Of a stretch of 64,000 nt of DNA, positions 48,706 through 61,578 are shown piece after piece. The position numbers were made by a program, and so were the translations under genes. How positions within the stretch are numbered: position 1 is the stretch's first letter; every line of letters starts with the position of its first letter. Under the pieces are notes generated by a model. That model was not told where the DNA came from and made no database searches. It saw only the letters and a program-made list of their open reading frames with translations. The DNA is from Nymphaea colorata (Eukaryota): assembly GCF_008831285.2 (NCBI RefSeq), contig NC_045138.2, forward strand, positions 19,840,001-19,904,000. The letters are read 5' to 3'.

Positions 48706-51700
48706 TCAGAAGCCCTCAACGATCTGCGGTCCTGCATATCTCATGCCATCCACAGGGAAATCTTCCGGCTTGGGCGGCTCGATCTCTTCTAACCATCTAT
48801 AACAGCTAGTGTCTCCATCGACAGGACTTCCTCCTAAGTATCAGTACAGGCAAATCACAGTCAGTGAAGGTTGGAGGGTAAGAAAATAATTCAAGTGATA
48901 AAGATCTTCAATGTATGGCATATTGGTATATAATGAAAATTGAAAATTACTGGAGTTGAAAACACAAGAAATTGAAGATTCAGGCAGTATTATTCACTAA
49001 CCAGAGAAGCTCGAATAAGGCAATTCACGATAGTACATGCAATCACGCCCTTCTGTGCCTGAATAAGGCGGACCAAGCACATCAAGCACTGCACACGGCG
49101 TTACAGCTTGCAGTGAATGTAAATTGCCACCTGAAGCCGGATAGAGCACAGACGAATTGCAAGGGGCAGTAAAGACATTGTCAATCTTCAGTCTTGCCAG
49201 TGCCACTGTCAAAATTTACCCTTGTCAAATCTCCAACCTCCAGAATCACAATTGCTTGCAAGTAAAACTAAAAACATTTCTCTGGCAATCAATTTTTATA
49301 CTCACCATTGGAAGGCAGGCTATCTTCCCCCTCAAATGGTTCAACCCAGTCAAACGATCTGAGGTGCACTGATCCAAACAGAATCTTACTGAAGACAGTC
49401 ATACCAGGGTGGTTATGAAGTGGTATAGTTCCTGATGTGGGGAGCAAGAAAATACCAATCTGCACCCAGGATTAATAGCACTAAAGAGGATCAGTTTTGG
49501 GTTACAAGGAACAGAGACAAGTACAACATTACCAACTATGTAAAGGATCAGAAAGTTTCGATTTCCTGGAAGGAACCGTATCCAATTTGTGTGTCTACGT
49601 GTGTGTGCGTGTGTGTAAGACAATGCTATCAATTATTTTAATTGTATAATCTGCAGCTAATCCTGAAAAGACATTATATATGAAAAAAACTCAGTAACAA
49701 TAAACAGTGACAGATATCCAGCCAAACATTTATTGTGAACTTTCGTGATGCATACTCACCGAAAAGTTTTCACACTCATATATGTGAACGTAGGTCACTC
49801 TTGGAGTTCCCTTCACGTGCCTATTGTTTTTTGCGAAATGACCCTCGCTTAACCCAACATCTTCTGGCATCATCTTATCTGTGACAAAAATACCACTATG
49901 TCAGCTACCATCGAAGCAGTTTAAGCTCCAAAATTAATGCTCAGATGCACAATAGCACATCAAAATAGCTGGTCATCAACAAGACAACCTTTTGCTTCTT
50001 ACAACAGCACACTAGAGTAAAAATGACTCTCAAATGGAACAAAGCTGGGAGTTTATTTTGTGCTGTATAATGAAATATCGTAAAGTTTCACAAGTACTCA
50101 ATTGGTTGACCTGTTACAAGCGGTGAAACCAAGTAAAACAGAAACTCTATGAAACTTGTAGAATGAGAAGTAAATGCTCATAATGTGAAGGAGAAGTAAA
50201 AAAGAGATGGTAGACATCTTCTAGCCAAACAAAGTTAATGCGACATTTTCCAATAATCCTCCACCATCATTGTTGAACCCCAGAAATACCCATGATTTTA
50301 CATAGGTCAATTTGCCGTATTTTGTATTTTATATCCACCAACAACACACTAAAAAACGCCAAAAACATCAAAAGACCGTGAAGTTTCCCTCGCACTATCT
50401 TCCCAAGAAAAAAACACGCTCAGATCTAAGTGAACACAACAGAGAAAAACCATGTGCAAAACTACGGAAGACCTGAGACCTATGCAGGCCTTCAACGGTC
50501 TAAAACCAAACCAGCGCAATGGAAGTAAAAAGATGGGACCAATGTTATCCACCAGGGTCCACCAGCAACTCTCTCTCTCCTCCCCAACCCCCATCATCGT
50601 TCACTTCTTATCATTACCTTTAAAAAATTAATGAGAAAAAGCGTTTTCTTCCAAAGAAAAGCCAAGCACGGTGATTCTACCAACGAAAAAAATTCAAGGA
50701 GATCAATACTGCCAACAAATTTCTAGACAGCTTGCGATATTTTATCATACAAAAGCCAATAAACACACCACATGGACGTCACAGTCGAACAACCAATGAA
50801 AAATCTCTCTGTAATCTCTCTGTGCTCTTATAATAAGAAGCAACCACCCACCCCCTACCTTCAAAGCTCCTTCTTATGAAAAGAAAAGAACCACGTTTCA
50901 TAGAAGAGCACCACCCACCTTCATTCACGGCAAAGACAACAGAAAGTGCATCTTCACACATGTGCATCTTATAACTATATATTTATGTATATGAAATTCT
51001 CTCACTCAATTGGCATAAATAAATTCAGTAAAGCTCCTGCTTTTTCAAAAGCACGAAATTTTGATGCACCGTGAGCCATTGATCGTTTATGCTCTCCATT
51101 CTTGTAATCCAAGTGGGGAGTAACGTGATCTAAAGCCAGCTGAACATCATATGGCATTGTGTATGTGCGTGAATTTTTAATGCAAAAGAAACGCCATTAG
51201 AGCAAGAAAATGTTAGTTTATTAAGTTTATGCTGCTGAACAACAGATACACTAAAAAATGTCGAAAGGAAGAAAGAAAGGTCTAGGGAGAGAAGGGGGGG
51301 AATGTTAGAGAGAGAGAGAGAAAAGGCGGTGCCGACTACGTAAAGGGGACAAAACGAAGAGAAAGCAATGCCACGCCATAAGACCAAAAAGGCAGACCTG
51401 CCATGTTTGACGTCAAAACCTTAGTTTTAGAAAAATAAATGATCAGGGGACTTTAGGAACGCGCATACGGTTTCCTTTCCCCTTAAAACCAGAAAGCGGG
51501 TCTGATTCGTTCCAACGACTCCCCATCATTCCCCTCCTTCAGTTCTTCAGCATGTCAAAGAGACGCCGTTAATTTCCTGTTGTTTAACGTGTTGTAACGA
51601 AAATATAAAAAACAGAAAAAAAGGAAACGATTTCCAGAAACTGACCCTTCTAGTTTGTCCTCAAACTCTTCGCTACGTATGGTCGTGGAATCACAAGATC

Positions 51701-52179
51701 TTAAATTCTTTTCCTTTTAAAAGCCGATATCCAAAAGAAAAATCTGTTTTAATCATGGCCAGCCCTGCTATTTTGCCAGAAAACGGGTGCTTCACGAATA
51801 TAACGCGATTTTGCCGAGTTTTTAAAGGCTCGCGATGATATATTGTCTAGATACATGCAGACGATCTGGGTCCTTCTAGAAAGAGAGAGAGAGAGAGAGG
51901 TGGATGCTCACCGAGAAGCAACTTCATCCTGTCGACGTCGAGCGGGCGAGGAACCGTCCCTGGCCCCCGGAACACTTCATTGCAGAGGTCGAACACCTTC
52001 TGAACCAGCGGCCTCGGCGATCCCCGCCGTCTCGTCTTCCTGCTGCTGCCGCCGCCGCACCTCCCAACCCCCCTCCCCACGTCCCCCGCCGCCGCCGACG
52101 GCGCCGCCTCCATTACGCGCTCCGCATCTCTCGCCGGCGCAACCCTCTTCTTCTCCACCACCCTCGTCCCCACCTTCAT
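48706..52179 (-). CDS. PCO: Plant cysteine oxidase (PCO1/PCO2 type; oxygen sensor of the Cys/Arg N-degron pathway), 290 aa
   Basis: Exons 52179-51912, 49878-49760, 49459-49306, 49205-49002 and 48833-48706 total 873 nt. Cupin motifs IPLHNHPGMTVFSKILFG, GGNLHS and LDVLGPPYS..GRDC(M)YY, with C-terminal YAGPQI. The basic N-terminal extension (RKTRRR) resembles the PCO1/2 clade. Confidence 0.95.
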
Positions 52180-52671
52180 CACACAATTAAGACGAACCCC
52201 CCGAAATCGATCTCCCCAACTCCCAAAGAAGAAGCAAAATCCGCTTCGCAGCCACACGCTGAGCCCCCAGGCTCTTCAACTCCCCCTCCCTTCGTTTCCG
52301 CTTCGAATCAGGCTCTTACGGTTCTGAATTATAGAAAAATGCTCCTTATGATCGCCTCCTTTGAAACCAATCGCAATCAAAGACTCCTCAGAACTCGGAG
52401 CGGTGCGAGAAGAACAAGTACTGAATGGGATGGAATCAATCAACTCTCAGGATCACAACTTAAAAAAGCAAAAGAAATCTCACATCTCCCCACCGCCTTC
52501 TTCTTTGGAAGAATGATCGAGAGAGACAAAGGGAGAAAGTCCTTTCAGTATATGGAAAAACAGGGAAAATCGAGACAATCTCCAGGGAAATATCCGGAAC
52601 AGGAAAAATCCAAATGCCGGGGTGGATGAAGGGGGAGAGTGGGGAGGAATAAATACGTAAGGCCGGGATGC

Positions 52672-52683
52672 AAAACCGGGGGC
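52672..52683 (-). promoter_or_regulatory. Hypoxia-responsive promoter element (HRPE)-like motif upstream of PCO
   Basis: GCCCCCGGTTTT on the minus strand matches the HRPE consensus GCCVCYGGTTTY. It lies ~490 bp upstream of the ATG, between TATA-like sequences at ~52649-52656 and ~52728-52743. Confidence 0.65.
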
Positions 52684-55600
52684 TGTAGAGTTTCGCATTT
52701 CCTTTGAGAAAATAAATAACCAGAAAACTATAATATATTTAAAGAGAGAGAAAGAAGAGAGTACACGAGGAGCCAGATGAGTGGGAAGATGAGATTCCAT
52801 CGGAAGCGGAGGAGCCAGACCAGTGGTTTTGGTGGGGAAGGAGTCGCATCCCAGAACATAAGGGGGGATTCAAAAGTGAACCGACACGCGATTCGGATCG
52901 GTTCTCTGTCGGTACGGTAGATTCAACTGAACCGACTCGAGTGGTTCAAAGAAAAAAGGGGCATGTTTTTGTAAGTTATGAAAAATGCTCAAAGGAAAAT
53001 TTTATTTGAAATGATTGTCTGCACGAGGAATGATCATCTAATTCTTGTTGTTACATTTTTATGAAAATTCATTATAATTAAAAATTTAAGGGGTCGATTG
53101 GGAACAATAGAACAGGCATCTAACTCAAAAATTAATTTTTTTTGGTTGATTTGATATTTTCAAAAATATTGCATGAATTGTTTCATTCTTCAAGTCAAAT
53201 GTGTGAAACAGTACTACTACTATCAAAAGATTTTTTTTTCCCTCTTTTTTGGGCTTATGATGAGGAAGTTCATGGGTAAAATTTAAGAGCTTGGCACTCT
53301 CTCATGAGCTGGTATCTATCTCAAACTTTAAATTTACTATTAATAACAAATTATTCTCATTGTTAGTTCTATTGGTACTTTAAATTCTCCCAAAAACTTT
53401 TAAAATCTAAGGCGGTTTTATTAAGTAAATCCATTTAACTATTTCAAGTCAACAATTTGGAGTGGTCTTTCAAAACCGATACGAGACGAGTCGTCCGGTT
53501 CGTTGTAATGAGCGAGCAAAAGCTGGGGGTGGGGCTCGAAAGGGGGGGGGGGGAGGGGAGAGGAGCATCGAAAACCGGGCGTTTCTTAGCCGCCCGCCTA
53601 TTTGCGCCAAATCCGGAGGAATAGCGACCCCCGGTTTTGCTTCTCTCTCTCTCTCTCTCTCTCTTTTAATAAAAAAAATATATTAAAATTCGCTTATTAC
53701 GTAAAGGCGAAAGACTTTGGTGCCCCCAAGTGGGACCCACAGATCCGGCGGGTTATATTCAGGTGGGGCGTCGCCCCTCCAACCCGACCGGTCGCCTCAC
53801 CGTTTTATTTGTTTTTCCGACCCCCTTTTTTCCCTGCGCCTTCGGAGTTGCGTGACTTAAACGCCGCGGAAGGGCCGGTGACGACCCCGCGCATGCGACT
53901 CGGTTTCACTTTCACCATTTCTTTCTTCCGTATATAATCGATAATGTAAAGATTTGAGTTGGAAATTTTTTATAAAACTCGAATTAAAGTTGTTTTTAAA
54001 TTTTGATTGGAATTGAAATATTATTTTTTTAAATTTTTATATGAAACAAGTAAATTTTTAAAATTTACAGTCCACTTCAATCCACTCGAAAAATGATCTG
54101 TCGCTATTGCTCCTAAAAAATATGAATTTGGGGGTAAAAAAAGGTGGCTTTAAGCCGCAGAAAAATAACTATTCACCCTCGAGACAATGGAAAAATAACC
54201 GTTCGCCCCTCAGTGAATTAGAACAGATTTTGTGGGTCCCACAAACTCAGCGGTGATCGGAACCTCTCCTTACCTCTCCTTATCCATTGGTATATTCTCA
54301 TTTTCAATTTTATGAATTTAAATGATGCTTAAAATGACGTTTCACAAATTTGGAAAATAAAGGTCTGTACCAGCATTGCAATCATAACGGCCAGATACGC
54401 TGTGATAAGGAGCGGTTTTTTTTATAATATTGGATTTAATGCACAATTTCAAAATATCGTATAAAAAAAAAGGTGTTCATTGTCTACATTTTTATATTTA
54501 CATGCGTGGAATTGGTATATGTAATAGAAGTAAATGAAACGTCTTAAAGTATGTTATTGTCGCTTTATTTTAACTTGAATAATATAACCCCATATATATA
54601 TATATATATATTGTGATTGATTTAACAAGAAATACATAATTTGGATTGAGTGAGAGGTTCATCCTACTGTTTTATAAAATTAAGTGCAAAATCTTTCTTA
54701 TACCTCGCTTTCAAGATACAATGTACCCTTTAACCTCAAGTCATTAGGATTAATATTAAATGAGATGGCATTGTATACAAAAAAATTCATGTTAATTTTT
54801 TTTCATTTTATAATTTTTTTTCATAAAATTCAGATTTTCAATTAATTTCAAGACAGGCACACATATTATTTTATTTTTATAATATGATAGGCCTACCCTA
54901 GTACGTTACCTTATGCGTGACATAAAGTTGGTACTAGTGTCCGTCCACGGTTTTGAGTCATCCGGCGTACGAGCCACCGGAATAGAACGCAACTTCATTT
55001 CAATCCTTACCAAATGGGTAAAACACAGGAGCCGGTTTCCCCCAATTTATAACAATTAAAACTATTTCCATATTTAAGTTTTGAGTGAATATTAATATAT
55101 AAAAACAATAGCGCATCATGCATTCTATCTGGAACTTACCTTTGAATAAGATTTTGGAAATTATCTTGGTTTCTGTAAAGATCGCAATGTCTGTTCAAGA
55201 AATATTTTGAAAATGGTTGCTAATATTTTACTATCTTAAGTACAAATGCTTGTGATTTGCATCTCTTGGAAATGACATGACTTATTTACGATGAAATTTT
55301 GATGCATGATTATTTAGTAACTGCATATATATCCATGGGAAATAAGTAAAACTAGTCTCAAAACGAAACTTAATTTACCTGCTGATGGCAATAAAATTAC
55401 TTAAGCATCGTTTTTTTGAAACACTTCCTTCATTTGATATATATATATATATATATATATAAAGCTATCTTTTAGTAGCTTATTATTTTTTAATGTTAAC
55501 TTCTCCGAAAATGTCATATTCATGAAAGAGGGAGAAAAATTTATTGGCTGATGGCTACTGATGCAAACGCTTTTGTTAATTAATTTCGAAAATATTGTAG

Positions 55601-55851
55601 CAAAAGAGCATTTTCCTATCATATACTTATTAATGCACAAGAAAATGACTTGGGGAGATGAAAGCTAGGGTTTCCTTCTTTTTTAAATAAAATATAATAA
55701 ATTTTCATGCTCCAAGAGTGACAGTTCAAAGTTGAAACATCTATTAACTTTTTATCTTTAAAAAAAAATTACCACTTACATTGACTGCCCATTGTTCACA
55801 TTTCACATAAAATAGTACCTGATGATGTGGAAGACGAGTACAATACATACT

Positions 55852-56576
55852 TGTGACGTACCCCTATGTTCTAGGACCGTATACTAGCCGTCGTAGGTAC
55901 GCCCCACGTGGAAGGCGGCCGCAGCCTCAACACGTGTACTCATTTCACTTTCACGGGGTAGCTACAAGCCGAGCTCGTGCAAGTGAATGCAAATATGTGT
56001 GTATGTGTGTGCGCGTGTGTGTACGTGTCGAGTTTGTGCAAGTGGAATGTGAATATGTATGTGTATGTGTGTGTCACAGAGAGGACCAAGTTTGGCTGTT
56101 GCTGAAACAGGCAAGGAAAAATGGGGAGTTATGAGCAATTCATGTGTTTGGCACATGAATGCATGTGAATAGAATCTTCTGGTGAGTGGTAAGCAGAAAA
56201 CAGGCACACTATTTCTATAAGGGAGGGAGGCAGGGGATGCCCCCAATTAAATGTGGAGGGCAACTGCCCCCACAAAGTACTGGGCAATGCCCTCTTCCCT
56301 TTGGAAGGGACACTTTCAAATGGAGGTCCCCAAATAGAGCAAAAACAAGGGAATTATTGGAGATGCTTGTAGAGATCTGGGGTTTCATGAACCTTGGTTT
56401 GAGAGGTGAACTGCTTGAGTTGTTTTTGGTTCAATAATCCAAAAAGTTACTGGATTTTGAATCTCTTTGTTTTTGGGGTAGCTGGTTTTTGAAATTCTTT
56501 ATGTGGTGACAAGGTTGGTGGACGTATACCTGTCTTCTGGGTAGGGCAAAACCTAGGGCTCTTTAATAATGTGACA
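55852..56576. mobile_element. Putative solo LTR (gypsy-like)
   Basis: Begins TGTGAC and ends GTGACA, with an internal CTATAA and (GT)n tract. TSD not matched, so the boundaries are uncertain. Confidence 0.4.
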
Positions 56577-56784
56577 ACCCAGAGAATGTTAAGCGCAAGT
56601 TTGGTCTCTTTTGTTTGGTCTTGAATTTCAAGAGATAGACAGACTGTAAGGGGCTGTCATGTTTGATGGACTTGGGCAATGGTATAGAAAGCAAGCGGCT
56701 ATCACAAAAGTCCTAGTATACTTTGTCATTGTTTTACAAAATCTACCCTAAACTTATAATTAGAGAATAGTGACCAATTATCAT

Positions 56785-57121
56785 TAAGCCTGGGCACCGG
56801 GCCAGGCCGCCGCCGGGTACCCAGTACTCGGCCGAACTCGGGCACAGGCCTGGGATGGGCCCGATAAGCCCGGATCGAGCCCAATAATGATTTTTTATTT
56901 TTTTATTAATATATATATTATAATATTTTACTGTAATTAATTATTTTTTATGTATTATTTTATAATTATATTTTTTTAAATGTAATCGGGCCGGGCCCGA
57001 GTGGGCTCGTGCTTGGGTTTTTCAAGTATTGGTTGCCTAGACTTACTCGGGTACTCTTCTAAGCCCCTAAAGCCTACGTCTGACTCGTTAACAGGCCAGT
57101 CCGACTCGATGCCTAGGCTTA
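56785..57121. mobile_element. hAT-type MITE, 337 bp
   Basis: TIR TAAGCCTGGGCACCG / CGATGCCTAGGCTTA with a perfect 8-bp TSD ATTATCAT (56777-56784 and 57122-57129). Confidence 0.92.
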
Positions 57122-58709
57122 ATTATCATAGTTGCCAAACAACCCTTAAGCAGCTTAGTACAACTGGTTGGGCAGTATTGAGGCTATATAGCATTCCGGT
57201 TCTATGAGCATCAACCCTTTGCACAAGCTAACGTAGGCGTAGGCTTTAGGGGCTTAGGGGGCTTAGACGAGTACCTGCCTTAGGGTTTTATGTCGCTGGG
57301 CAAGCGAGAAGATCTCTTCGCCACGATGTGGTTTAGTCATGTACGAGATGAACTGAGTAACTCTTGGTGGTCCAAGACACCCAGCATTCATGGATGGTCC
57401 ATGACGGTCACCATCAAAGGACTTTATAGGTTAGGATTGATGCTTTCCAAATTTTGAAGATCAAGATATTTGTGTAACATTGTCCAGGGTTGGCACAACA
57501 GACAGGGATGGGGTTGGTAGGCGGTTAGTTCTTATTTTGAGCGTTAAGAGCATCAACTTTTTATGCTGCAAAAGGGAGATCACCGATGAGCAAGTTGAAG
57601 TGTAATGGCGGTGATACCTCAAGGCACCTAAAACAAGCCATGTAGACTAAGGAGTTGTTTGGTAATCATAACATTATGTGGAACCTTTGATTATAGTGTT
57701 TTTTTATATACATATATACAGTTAATCTTAAACGAGGAACCTTTGATTTGAAGGTAAACACTAAATTCCAAGTCCGGGCAGAGAAAGAAAATTTTGAATA
57801 AGAGGCACTATATATATAATTTTAAATGTTTGTGAGAAGAATTGCTCACAAATATGAACGTAAAATATACGAAATTTTTTGGTGTCGGTGTAAATCAGTA
57901 TCTGCACATAACCTACACCTGCCACGGTAAAACAGAAGTTACAAAATATGAACATTTGGATTTATTCAAGGTCTTCAACAAGGCTCTCTGGACATTTGTC
58001 ACCTTACCCGTTGGTCACCATCAACAATGACAAGGAAAAAATGCAACAGCTGTAGTTACTTAGGTGGAAAGGCGCCGAAGAAAATGACATAAACGTTGTG
58101 TGGTCATCCCATGGGCACCTGCTATTCACACTCATATTAGGATTTTATATTGGGTTGACACCCACGGGAATCAAACTAACGACGACCTTAGGTCACCGGA
58201 GTCCCTAGCTCGACCAACTACAACAAACCCGTTAAAAGCCGCAAAAAAGTGTGTTCGTTTTTCTTTGAAGGCAATAAATAGAGGTATGTTTACTGTTCTA
58301 ACGACTTAGGGTTTTAAACTCTGAACTTTCTTGAACACAAATATATATTAAATGGACTGACATGCGAAGAATGATCAGAGGGAGAAAAGTAGCCGTGACA
58401 GAATTCTTTTTGTTTTGTTTGCACTTGTTCACCATATTCATTATGAAAGGGAGAAGGAACGGAAATAATGTACGTTGCCATAACTACCTGACTTCCCTTC
58501 CTTCGTCCTCTCTATTTTTTTTTTTAAGAAAAAGTCAGCAACTCAAGAAAACAGCCGCTTATCCAGTAGCGGTGCTACTTGCGAGCTAAATAACCGGTCA
58601 TGGGTATAACACCTAAAAGATTGGTATTGCGCATTTTAATATATCTTTAAGCTTAGTATTGCACATTTTAATATATGTATGTGGCTGCAATATAAATGCT
58701 TAGTATTGC

Positions 58710-59166
58710 TTAATGAGTCGAGCTCGAGTCCATGAATCGATTCGTTCAAATAATCGAGTTGAGTTCGAGCTGAACACGTAACTGCCGAATAGAGCTCGAG
58801 CCTTAATCGAGTTTATCAAACCTTAATCAAGTCGATATGTTCAAACGAGTTTGCGAGTTTGTTGAGTCTTAATCGAGTCGAGCTTGAGCTCAATACGTAA
58901 TGACTACTAATTTTATTCAAACGAGTTTGTCGAGCCTTAATCGAGTCGACCTCGAGCTCAACATGTAACAATGAATAACAATTATATTCAAATGAGTTTG
59001 TCGAGCTTTAATCGTGTCGAGTTTGAGCTCAACACTTAACTGTCGAGTCGAGCTCGAGCTGCTTTCATCAAGCTATTGTCGAGCTCGAGCCGAGCCGAGC
59101 TTGATATTTCATTAGTCGACTCGAGCTGACTGAACTCGGGCTCGACTCGGCTCACGTTCACCCCTA
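58710..59166. mobile_element. Left-truncated hAT-like MITE with internal ~75-bp tandem units
   Basis: Repeated GAGTTTGTCGAGCCTTAATCGAGTCGAGCTCGAGCTCAA units. Right end GTTCACCCCTA. Confidence 0.6.
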
Positions 59167-61335
59167 TATGAACATATGTTCTTTAAAGAGGGTAGATTGT
59201 AGCATTTCAAAAGTTTAGTTTGTTATTAAAGATTGTGAAATATTGATTTTTTATATTTTTTTTGGGCTGAAACTTAAACTGCTAACTGCTAAGAGCCAAA
59301 TATAAATCCATCGAGTCATGAGTTCAAGCCCAATGTTGAAGTAGATCGAGTAGTTTTAACTAGCCTATCAAAAATTACATTGTGACAGAAGCTAGACTCA
59401 GGCGGTCAGTACACACTAGTTAGTTATTGATTCACGTGCCCCTCTAAAAAAAAAAAAAAAAATTGGGCTCCACCAATTGAACTACTATTTGTATTTTTCC
59501 AAATAATTGCTTATGGGAGAAAAATTACGACCAAAGAAGAACTAGAGAAAAAAAACTTGTACGTAAATTTTCGTTAATTATTTTAAAATCAAATCCTGCA
59601 TTCTTGGGAAACTAAGTCAATAAGTCTTCATATTTTTGTCAAAATTAAGTAGAATATATATAGTTCACATATATTTAATATAACTTTGCACATATATAAC
59701 GTGATTTGATGTTTTTACATATGGTTAGAACTAGAAATTAAACTTTTTTGACACGGGTCAAAATATAATTGTTCAAAAATTTAATATAAAACAAGTAAAA
59801 TTTTTTAAAATATATATGTAAATTTTTTAAATAAAAAATTGAAGTAGGGTCAAAACCCCTGGGAGCCCCATGCCTCCACCCCTGTTTCTACAGTCAAACA
59901 AATGTCTGTTGAGAGACATTTGGCATAGAAAAGATTAGTATGGCCCTTGCGAGGATGAAAGGCAGTCAAATGATGAACCTGGTCGGTCACGTGTTGCTGC
60001 AACCAAACAAGATCTAAAATTACCGAGAACTTGAAAATTCAAGAAATTTGGGATATACATTGCTGCTGAAGGGAAATCCAAGGCTTTTTTTTTTCTTTTA
60101 TCAATCAATCAACAACAAGATAATGTTTTGGGAATCCCATGGGCTGACTGACCATACTTAGCTCTCAACAAGTCTCGACTTTTCCCTTTCTAGAATTTGC
60201 GTCAAGAAAGCAAACGCAACCGCTCTTCTTCTTTCTTTTCATGTCTTGTTTATACAAAGGCGGGATGGATTTTGTTTTTGCAAGCAAGCAAGAGCCAACG
60301 CATGGCGACCGTATACTGTCGGATTGCTGCTGACCTCATGCATGACATAAAACGATAACACTACCCAACAAATACTTCAACTCCCTTTCTCTCTCTAACT
60401 TGCTTTCTCTCTCTAATTTGCTTTCTCTCTCTAATTTGCCTTCAACAACACTACCCAGAGTAATCAAACACTGAATTTCACATTTGAAGATTTGAGATTC
60501 TTAGTATATGACGAAAACCTAGCTCGTGCCTAGTTCGAGTTCATCATTTTGAGTTTGGCTTCGCATGAACTCTAAAAACTTGAACTCAACTCGTTTAAAC
60601 TTGAACCAAGGCATCATGAAGACTTCAACGTTGACCCACCTAACGCCTGCTTGACAGGTGTATATATATATACATATGTGTGTGTGTTTGAGTCTAACCG
60701 AGTCGTGCCCACTTATCTAAAGTTCAACATGTTCATAAATGAGCCGAACTCGAGTCAAGTCTATTGAGTGAGTTTGAGTCCAGCTCTGAGTTTTGAGGTT
60801 TGATTGAAGGATACCGAGTCTCAAATCGTTGGATTTGAGATTCTTAGATGTCTTATGTCACTTTGGATCTCAGCTTTGAGGTTTACAATGCCCCCAAAGT
60901 TTATGCTTCCTAGATATACCCATGAAAGATGGATTTATGTGCCCAAAAGACCAAAAAAACAAAGATTCTTGCACATACTTGTCTTAATTTTTTTTTAAAT
61001 AGGTATGGAAAGTTCATTCATTCTTGGGCTTTGAATATGTAAAATCAATCGAATGGTTCTGTTGGTATCTAACATATAGCCCACAGAACAAGGCAAAAGT
61101 ATATGTGGGTTTGTGTGGGCAGCTGCCCACATGGACCCTCCTCCACTCGATTGAGCCTATTAGTGCCTGTCATCTACACACTTCTGACTCCATCGCTACC
61201 ATAGAATATCGGAATTGAGGAAAGTATGGACAATATTACAAACAATTTTCCATCATTCATCGCGTGGGATTTTGTAGACGTAGATTTAAAAATGGAACAA
61301 AAAGTACGGCCGTCTGGATTCCTCCTATTTCTCAT

Positions 61336-61374
61336 TTGTTGATACTTTGTTCAGCTCCTACTTTTGAGTTGAAA

Positions 61375-61449
<75 letters not shown>

Positions 61450-61522
61450 TTTCAACTCAAAAGTAGGAATGCATATATATACACAATTGTTGATACTTTG
61501 TTCAGCTCCTACTTTTGAGTTG

Positions 61523-61577
<55 letters not shown>
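61336..61577. repeat. Direct plus inverted duplication around (TA)n tracts
   Basis: 40-bp direct repeat at 61336-61375 and 61487-61526. A 24-bp inverted copy at 61445-61468 pairs with 61356-61379. Confidence 0.92.

Positions 61578-61578
<1 letters not shown>

Noticed and set aside
51843..52629. 241-aa and 115-aa plus-strand ORFs
   Set aside because: Antisense to the GC-rich PCO exon 1 and leader, and low complexity.
56215..56305. miR408/miR399-like hairpin
   Set aside because: Several mismatches to both mature sequences as recalled, poor stem pairing, and it lies inside a putative LTR.
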